This document shows, piece by piece, positions 7,938 through 13,202 of a DNA stretch of 13,202 nt (the first letter of the stretch is position 1; each line of letters opens with the position of its first letter). The DNA comes from Verrucomicrobiota bacterium (GTDB taxonomy: Bacteria; Verrucomicrobiota; Verrucomicrobiia; Limisphaerales; SXQI01), in assembly GCA_033762115.1 (NCBI GenBank), contig JANRLX010000017.1, positions 1 through 13,202 of the forward strand, written 5' to 3'. Below the pieces are notes generated by a model that worked only from the letters and a program-made list of their open reading frames with translations, ran no database searches and was not told where the DNA came from. The translations under genes were made by a program, and so were the position numbers.

Positions 7938-8657
7938 ATGGCGAGTGAGGACAATTGCGGATACAAAATCTGGGCAATTGACAACGTGGTTTATGGCCCG
8001 GTCGAATTGCCGATACTGGTTTCATGGGTCAAAGAGGAGCGGGTGACATCGGAAACCTGGATTTATAGCGAGGCGCAGAACCGTTGGAGCCCAGCGGGTC
8101 AACTGCCGGAATTAGCCATGTTCTTCAAAGGAAAATCCTCGCTTCACCCTGTCATGTCCGATACCCAACTTTATCAGAAAGGTTTTGGGGATTTACGACC
8201 GGGTGCGTTAAGGAGAGTAAAAATTTTTGCGGGGATGAATGATGATCAACTCCTCAGGTTCATGCAATTCATGGAGTTAAGGAAAGTTCCGCAATGGACC
8301 GAGGTGGTCAAACAGGGAGACCCTGGGGATGCCATGTATTTGGTGCTGGAAGGCGAGTTGCGGGTCAGAATGTTGATCACTGGCAAGGAAACGATCCTGG
8401 CGATTCTTCAATCCGGTGAATTTTTTGGAGAAATCGCACTGTTTGATCATGGCCCCCGCTCAGCAGACGTGATCGCCAATGAGAACTCCTCACTTTTGAA
8501 AATCAGCGTCAGCAACTTTCAACGTTTGGTCAATGAAGCGCCGGAACTGGCTGCCCCTTTTCTGCTTGGGATTGGCAAAACCTTGACCGGAAGAATCCGC
8601 GCGGACAACAAACGATTCAAGGATTCCGTCAGTTTTGCACGCGCGGCCGGAGCTTAG
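7938..8657 (+). CDS. GYF_2 (DUF4339)-like domain plus cyclic-nucleotide-binding domain protein, no HTH
   Basis: N-terminal YKIW..D..VYGPV....L..WVKEERV...TWIY....RW.PAGQLPEL; cNMP domain VVKQGDPGDAMYLVLEG.L.V...GEFFGEIALFDHGPRSADV. Confidence 0.85.
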   Translation: MASEDNCGYKIWAIDNVVYGPVELPILVSWVKEERVTSETWIYSEAQNRWSPAGQLPELAMFFKGKSSLHPVMSDTQLYQKGFGDLRPGALRRVKIFAGMNDDQLLRFMQFMELRKVPQWTEVVKQGDPGDAMYLVLEGELRVRMLITGKETILAILQSGEFFGEIALFDHGPRSADVIANENSSLLKISVSNFQRLVNEAPELAAPFLLGIGKTLTGRIRADNKRFKDSVSFARAAGA

Positions 8658-8660
8658 CCG

Positions 8661-9251
8661 ATGAAACCCGCCATCCCGCAAGCGAACCGTTTGCGCCCCC
8701 CTGCGGAGAAATGGAATGGTGAGCTGGAAGGAGTGCTGATCAGCGCCGCACAAATCAAACGCCGGGTCGGGGAATTGAGCGTGGAGATCACTAATGATTT
8801 CCGGGGAGGAGACACGGTGCTGGTTTCCCTGCTGAACGGGACAGTCCTCTTTCTGGCAGATCTGATTCGGCGGTTGGATTTTCCGTTGCGACTGGACTTC
8901 ATGGGAGTTTCCAGCTACGGCAACCAGACTCATGGCAGGCAATTGGTTTATACCAAGGAACTGAGGTTGGATGTCTGCGGGCGGGATGTTCTGCTGGTGG
9001 ACGATATTCTTGATACGGGCCGGACTCTCAGGCATGTCAGCGAAAAATTGCTCAGCCTGAGACCACGAACAATGAAAACCTGCGTTCTCCTTGATAAACC
9101 TGCCCGTCGAGTGGAAAACGTTCGTGCGGACTACATTGGTTTTACCGTGCCGGACTATTTTGTCGTCGGATACGGTTTGGATTACGCGGAGCGTTATCGT
9201 AATCTTCCTTTTGTGGGCGTACTTCAGGCACATCTTTACCAGGAGCAATGA
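8661..9251 (+). CDS. hpt: Hypoxanthine phosphoribosyltransferase
   Basis: VLISAAQIKRRV, SSYG loop, PRPP motif VLLVDDILDTGRTL, LLDKP, FVVGYGLDYAERYRNLP. Confidence 0.95.
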   Translation: MKPAIPQANRLRPPAEKWNGELEGVLISAAQIKRRVGELSVEITNDFRGGDTVLVSLLNGTVLFLADLIRRLDFPLRLDFMGVSSYGNQTHGRQLVYTKELRLDVCGRDVLLVDDILDTGRTLRHVSEKLLSLRPRTMKTCVLLDKPARRVENVRADYIGFTVPDYFVVGYGLDYAERYRNLPFVGVLQAHLYQEQ

Positions 9252-9493
9252 AAGTAACAGTCCAGTTTTATTCCTGGTTCAAGGAATTGGCGCAAAGTTC
9301 AGTCCAGGAACTGGAGATTTCAAAGGGAAGCACCGTGGGGGATTTGTTGGAACAGGTGTATGGGCAATACCCAAAACTGCGCGAGGTGAAAAAATCCACC
9401 CTGATCGCTGTCGGAGTGGAATACGCCAGCCTCGAACAGGAATTGCATGAAGGTGATGAAATTTCCTTCTTCCCGCCAGTGCAGGGAGGCTAA
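9248..9493 (+). CDS. moaD: Molybdopterin synthase sulfur carrier (MoaD/ThiS family)
   Basis: 81 aa ubiquitin-like fold pattern; C-terminal GDEISFFPPVQGG; ATGA overlap with hpt; adjacent to moaE. Confidence 0.88.
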   Translation: MKVTVQFYSWFKELAQSSVQELEISKGSTVGDLLEQVYGQYPKLREVKKSTLIAVGVEYASLEQELHEGDEISFFPPVQGG

Positions 9494-9494
9494 A

Positions 9495-9887
9495 ATGCGC
9501 CAGGAACTCAGCATCACAACCGAGATTATTGATGAAACAACCTTGAACCACTCGCGCAGGTTATCGGCGGGAATGGGCGCGGTTGTCCAGTTCCTCGGAG
9601 TGGTTCGTGAGCTGGAGGGAGAACGGGCAATCAGCGCAATCGATTACGAAGCGTTCGTGCCAATGGCCAGGCACCAGTTCGGGAAAATTTTTGATGAGAT
9701 TGACAGTCGCTGGAGCGTGGAATCGATTCGCCTGGTGCATAGAATCGGAAGGGTGCCGGTCAATGAACCTTCGCTTTGGGTGGAAGTGATTGCTCCGCAT
9801 CGCGGCGAAGCCTTTGAAGCGTGCCAGTATTTGATCCATGAAATGAAAAAGCGGGTGCCGATCTGGAAGCGAATTATTGAATTATGA
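9495..9887 (+). CDS. moaE: Molybdopterin synthase catalytic subunit
   Basis: GAVVQFLGVVR, YEAF.PMA, HRIG, APHRGEAFEAC and MKKRVPIWK motifs; ATG at 9495 is 1 nt after the moaD stop. Confidence 0.92.
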   Translation: MRQELSITTEIIDETTLNHSRRLSAGMGAVVQFLGVVRELEGERAISAIDYEAFVPMARHQFGKIFDEIDSRWSVESIRLVHRIGRVPVNEPSLWVEVIAPHRGEAFEACQYLIHEMKKRVPIWKRIIEL

Positions 9888-10492
9888 GTCCTGCAACCAC
9901 ACAGTTACGACGAGCAACCCTGGATGACCTGGGACAACTCAAGAAAATCTGGGCAGCGGCAGGGTTCGCGGTCGATGAGTTGGAAAAACGTTTTACCGAA
10001 TTTCAGATCGCAACCAGGGAAGGAACCGTTATCGGGATGTGCGGGTTGTTGATCCAGCAACAGCAGGGTTTGTTGCATCATGAGTATTTTACCGCAAAGG
10101 AGGAGGAAGCTGAATTACGTTCACTGCTCTGGGAACGCATTTTGAATATTGCCAAAAACCATGGCTTGCTTCGGGTATGGGTAAAAGACTCCGCCCCGTT
10201 CTGGCGCGAGAAACAATTCGCTGAACCTTCCGGGGATTTGCTTCAGAAGTTGCCTGCGGGTTCACCCGTGGAGGGTGGTTGGTTAACCCTGAAACTGAAG
10301 GAAGAAAGCAGTGGGATCAGTTTGGAACGTGAGTTCGAGCTTTTTACCCAGGCACAACGTGAGGAAAGCGAAAAAGCTTTAAAACAGGCGCGTGGACTTC
10401 GAATATTCGCATTCGTCCTGGTGATGCTGTTCCTGGCCGGAATCGCTGCCCTGGCCTTTTACACTTTCATCCGCGTGCCACTCAAACGATGA
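9884..10492 (+). CDS. GNAT-fold-like protein with a C-terminal transmembrane anchor
   Basis: LRRATLDDL start, EFQIA...G.VIG..GL beta strands, LLWERILNIAKNHGL.RVW...APFW....F; C-terminal hydrophobic helix IFAFVLVMLFLAGIAALAFYTFI; ATGA overlap with moaE. Confidence 0.7.
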   Translation: MSPATTQLRRATLDDLGQLKKIWAAAGFAVDELEKRFTEFQIATREGTVIGMCGLLIQQQQGLLHHEYFTAKEEEAELRSLLWERILNIAKNHGLLRVWVKDSAPFWREKQFAEPSGDLLQKLPAGSPVEGGWLTLKLKEESSGISLEREFELFTQAQREESEKALKQARGLRIFAFVLVMLFLAGIAALAFYTFIRVPLKR

Positions 10493-11373
10493 GGCAGGCT
10501 GACCTCGTCAGCGTGGTAGGAACTGCGGACCATTGGCCCGCTGGCAACGTGGAGAAAACCCATATTGCGCGCCACTTCACCATACTCCGCAAATTTCGCG
10601 GGAGGCACAAATTCCACAACCGGCAGATGTTTTGGGGTGGGCTGAAGGTACTGACCAAGAGTGAGAATATCACAGGAGGCGTTTCGCAAATCCTGCATCG
10701 CAGTGAACAATTCCACTTCAGTTTCACCCAGGCCGAGCATGATCCCTGATTTTGTATAAATGGCATCTCCCGCACGCTCTTTGACTTTGGAAAGCACGCG
10801 CAGGGAGCGGTCATAATTAGCACGGGAACGAACCTGTGGAGTCAATCGGCGAACCGTCTCAAGGTTATGATTGAAGACTTCCGGCGCGGCGTTCAACACC
10901 ATCTCAAGAGCAAAATCCTTTTCATTGAAGTCAGGCACAAGCACTTCAACAATAATGCCTGGGTTTTTCGCGCGAACTGCTTCAATGGTCTTTTTAAAAT
11001 GTTCCGCCCCGCCATCCTGAAGGTCGTCCCGCGCAACCGCAGTGATAACCACATGATTTAACTTCATCCGGCGTGTGGCTTCGGCGACCCGTTCCGGCTC
11101 ATCCTGTTCCAACGGGAACGGTTTGGCCGTATCCACCGCGCAAAAGCCACAGGCGCGGGTGCACCTGTCGCCCGCAATCATGAAAGTGGCTGTGCCCTTG
11201 CTCCAGCATTCCCAATGATTGGGACATTTGGCGCTCTCGCAAACCGTATGCAACCGCAGATCATTCAGGAGATTGCGGGTCTGGAAATAGCTGCCCTCCG
11301 TCGGGAGCTTGATCCTCAACCATTCCGGCAGGCGAGGACGCGGTTTCATCACTGACTCATTCACCATCCCCAT
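10459..11373 (-). CDS. lipA: Lipoyl synthase
   Basis: CESAKCPNHWEC (Cx4Cx5C), CTRACGFC radical SAM motif, NHNLETV, KSGIMLGLGE, GQYLQP, RSSYHA. Start may be ATG 11349. Confidence 0.97.
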   Translation of the reverse strand: MGMVNESVMKPRPRLPEWLRIKLPTEGSYFQTRNLLNDLRLHTVCESAKCPNHWECWSKGTATFMIAGDRCTRACGFCAVDTAKPFPLEQDEPERVAEATRRMKLNHVVITAVARDDLQDGGAEHFKKTIEAVRAKNPGIIVEVLVPDFNEKDFALEMVLNAAPEVFNHNLETVRRLTPQVRSRANYDRSLRVLSKVKERAGDAIYTKSGIMLGLGETEVELFTAMQDLRNASCDILTLGQYLQPTPKHLPVVEFVPPAKFAEYGEVARNMGFLHVASGPMVRSSYHADEVSLPHRLSGTRMKV

Positions 11374-11379
11374 GATGGA

Positions 11380-11637
11380 TCAGGCGGGCTGGTTTTCCAG
11401 TTTTTTCCAAAAGCGCTCCAACTGATCCGTGTCAAAATCGGCCAGGACCTGACCGTCCACCTCGATCACAGGAGCGTACGTCTGGTTGGTGAGGGCAAGC
11501 ATCTCCTGCCGGGCGGCACGATCATTGGTGACATCAAGCGTCTCATACTTGATTCCACGCTCCATCAGCCAATCCTCCGCCTCCTGGCACCATCCACAAA
11601 ACGGTTTGATAAATAATCGGACCTGCTTCGGCTTCAT
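11380..11637 (-). CDS. Glutaredoxin-family protein (CGWC)
   Basis: MKPKQVRLFIKPFCGWC..., cis-Pro motif YAPVIEVDG; start ATG 11637 preferred over 11739. Confidence 0.88.
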   Translation of the reverse strand: MKPKQVRLFIKPFCGWCQEAEDWLMERGIKYETLDVTNDRAARQEMLALTNQTYAPVIEVDGQVLADFDTDQLERFWKKLENQPA

Positions 11638-11703
11638 AACTGGAAAAACATAGCACTTATTCAGCGATTTCAAAGATTTCATCCACATGCTGCCCACCTC
11701 TCC

Positions 11704-11734
11704 TCCGTACTGAGTACGGATAGCTATATCCGTA
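11704..11734. repeat. Two interlocked inverted repeats (TCCGTA/TACGGA x3); probable transcription-factor site
   Basis: TCCGTAC-tga-GTACGGA (11704-11720) and TACGGATA-gcta-TATCCGTA (11715-11734). Confidence 0.6.
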
Positions 11735-11754
11735 ATCATGGGTGAAAGAAAGTT

Positions 11755-11783
11755 TTGACCTTAAACACTGGTTTGTATTTAGT
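11755..11783 (+). promoter_or_regulatory. Candidate sigma70 promoter for the beta-helix gene
   Basis: TTGACC, 17-nt spacer, TTTAGT; AAGGA SD at about 11795-11799 before ATG 11809. Confidence 0.35.
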
Positions 11784-11808
11784 GGTTCTAGTTAAAGGAC
11801 CCATATTT

Positions 11809-13143
11809 ATGAAAATACTTCTCTCCGCAAGGAAACTATTACATTCAGCCTTGGCTCTTGCAGCAGGCCTCCTGATCATCAATGACGCAACAGCTCACCC
11901 GACCAATGAAGTTTGGGTAAGCGACCAGGCCATCGGATCAAACGCTGGAACCTTGGCAAATCCATATGATGCATCAACTCAAACAAAGTTCGATGCGCTA
12001 ATGGCCAACCTGACACAAACAACCAACATGACGATTCATTTCCTGCCAGGTACTTTTACCACCGCGGGATCGGGGTCATGGACTTTAAAAACTGGAAATC
12101 GTCTGCTGGGCAGCGGGATTGGCATCACTACAATAAAGTTAATAACCAACGCTGCTTTGGGTGCAACAACCATCAAAGGTGCCAATGGCGGTGATTATAT
12201 TGAAATTTTGGATCTCACAGTTGATGCCAACGGAAGTCAGGCGGCTGGCAGCCCGTCTCAATGGACCAGTGGTATCGCAATTAAGGGAGAGCACTGCCTT
12301 ATAAAAAGAGTGGAGTTTAAAGGAGTGGCTGGCAGTTGGTCCGCCAGTCGCGTCAGTTGGGCAATTCACATTCAACCCTATACAAGCGGTGGTGTCGCAA
12401 AGCCAACAGGCAAGGGATCACTAGTCACTGAATGCGTGATTAAAGATTTTGTAGGCGATTGGTGCCATGGAGTAATGATGATAGGACAGGGAGCCATAGA
12501 AAAAACCATGGTTGTTATGAAGCCGTATGAGCAGGTCGGCGGTTTGGTGAGCGCGTTCAATGGTCAAACGGAACAGGGATTACGCATCTCGGACTGCGTT
12601 ACTGAAGGGGGGACTTATGGTGTGTTCATGAACACAGGCGCTGCAACAAACCTGGTGATTCGCGGTAACAGCTTTTTGAATACTAGCATTGGAATAAGCT
12701 TGGAGCCAGTTGATTATGTTCAGTATAATAACGATGCCGAGACGGTCATCATCCAGGATAATATCTTTGAACTGAATCCTTCAACGACATTGAATAATGT
12801 ATTCGGGATAGCAAGCAATCCATCAGACGGGGCCAAAAACTATATTATCCACGGAAATATCGTAAAGTGGACGAGCGCCAAAACAGGTTCAAATGGAACG
12901 AATATTGTTTATGGAATTAACCTTCATAAAATTAACGGAGCAGTCGTTTATGAAAACAAAGTTGATCCAGCTTTCTTCTGGTACATGCCCACGGTTACAA
13001 ACTTAAACACCTGGAACAATTGGGATCTGACCGGGAATCTGATTCCCGCATTTTCCAGTGCCTATCAGCCTGTTGAAGAAACGGCATTTTCGAGCCGGCT
13101 GAGATTTGCGGCGCGCCGGAAAATTGCGCGACGCCGGAGTTGA
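11809..13143 (+). CDS. Secreted right-handed parallel beta-helix (pectin-lyase-fold) protein; the last ~26 aa are probably IS-derived read-through
   Basis: Signal peptide MKILLSARKLLHSALALAAGLLIINDATA; GTLANPY motif; TIHFLPGTF, LLGSGIGITTIK, IEILDLTVDAN; repeated IxxN/GIxL strands. Confidence 0.8.
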   Translation: MKILLSARKLLHSALALAAGLLIINDATAHPTNEVWVSDQAIGSNAGTLANPYDASTQTKFDALMANLTQTTNMTIHFLPGTFTTAGSGSWTLKTGNRLLGSGIGITTIKLITNAALGATTIKGANGGDYIEILDLTVDANGSQAAGSPSQWTSGIAIKGEHCLIKRVEFKGVAGSWSASRVSWAIHIQPYTSGGVAKPTGKGSLVTECVIKDFVGDWCHGVMMIGQGAIEKTMVVMKPYEQVGGLVSAFNGQTEQGLRISDCVTEGGTYGVFMNTGAATNLVIRGNSFLNTSIGISLEPVDYVQYNNDAETVIIQDNIFELNPSTTLNNVFGIASNPSDGAKNYIIHGNIVKWTSAKTGSNGTNIVYGINLHKINGAVVYENKVDPAFFWYMPTVTNLNTWNNWDLTGNLIPAFSSAYQPVEETAFSSRLRFAARRKIARRRS

Positions 13144-13202
13144 TTCGATGTGGCGATGGCGGTGATGCAGTCGATCCAGGGCTCTATCACACTCAAAAGG
13201 AA
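13066..13202 (-). mobile_element. Putative right end of an IS1182/IS5-like insertion sequence, truncated by the window edge
   Basis: CAGCCTGTTGAAGAA (13066-13080) resembles IS1182/IS5-type terminal IRs (recalled, not searched). A minus-strand frame is open from the window edge and ends ...AVSSTG* at 13065, inside the IR. GC rises abruptly (16/60 in 12901-12960 vs 38/60 in 13081-13140). Confidence 0.5.

Noticed and set aside
8490..9248. 252-aa antisense ORF
   Set aside because: Shadow of hpt and the cNMP gene; no recognisable motifs
7938..9887. Possible anti-phage system (nucleotide sensor + PRTase + ubiquitin-like protein)
   Set aside because: Hpt, MoaD and MoaE look canonical, and there is no cyclase, E1/E2/JAB, nuclease or other effector in the window
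11638..11808. Longer starts for glutaredoxin (11739) and the beta-helix gene (11755)
   Set aside because: The extensions cross the divergent promoter region; ATG 11637 and ATG 11809 (SD plus signal peptide) fit better
1..13202. CRISPR array, tRNA, rRNA or known riboswitch
   Set aside because: No spaced direct repeats, cloverleaf or recognisable aptamer consensus found by eye

Overview
Gene-dense bacterial chromosomal segment, mostly housekeeping. The protein families and C-terminal motifs suggest Verrucomicrobiota (Pedosphaera-like), which is an inference. In order: 3' end of a radical SAM/SPASM gene; tadA; secreted Calx-beta protein; single-domain globin with an apparent frameshift near its 3' end; YbbA/YbbP-type ABC transporter pair; CBS-like-input hybrid histidine kinase; a minus-strand ferredoxin followed by a 56-aa ORF missing from the ORF track, with a candidate sigma54 promoter upstream; a tightly coupled operon (GYF_2-cNMP protein, hpt, moaD, moaE, membrane-anchored GNAT-like protein); lipA; glutaredoxin; and an AT-richer secreted beta-helix gene. 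That last gene is preceded by interlocked palindromes, and its 3' end appears to run into the terminus of an IS1182/IS5-like element at the window edge. I found no tRNA, rRNA or CRISPR array. No new system can be proven from this sequence alone. The best leads are the ferredoxin/small-protein unit, the cNMP-hpt-moaDE-GNAT operon and the IS junction.
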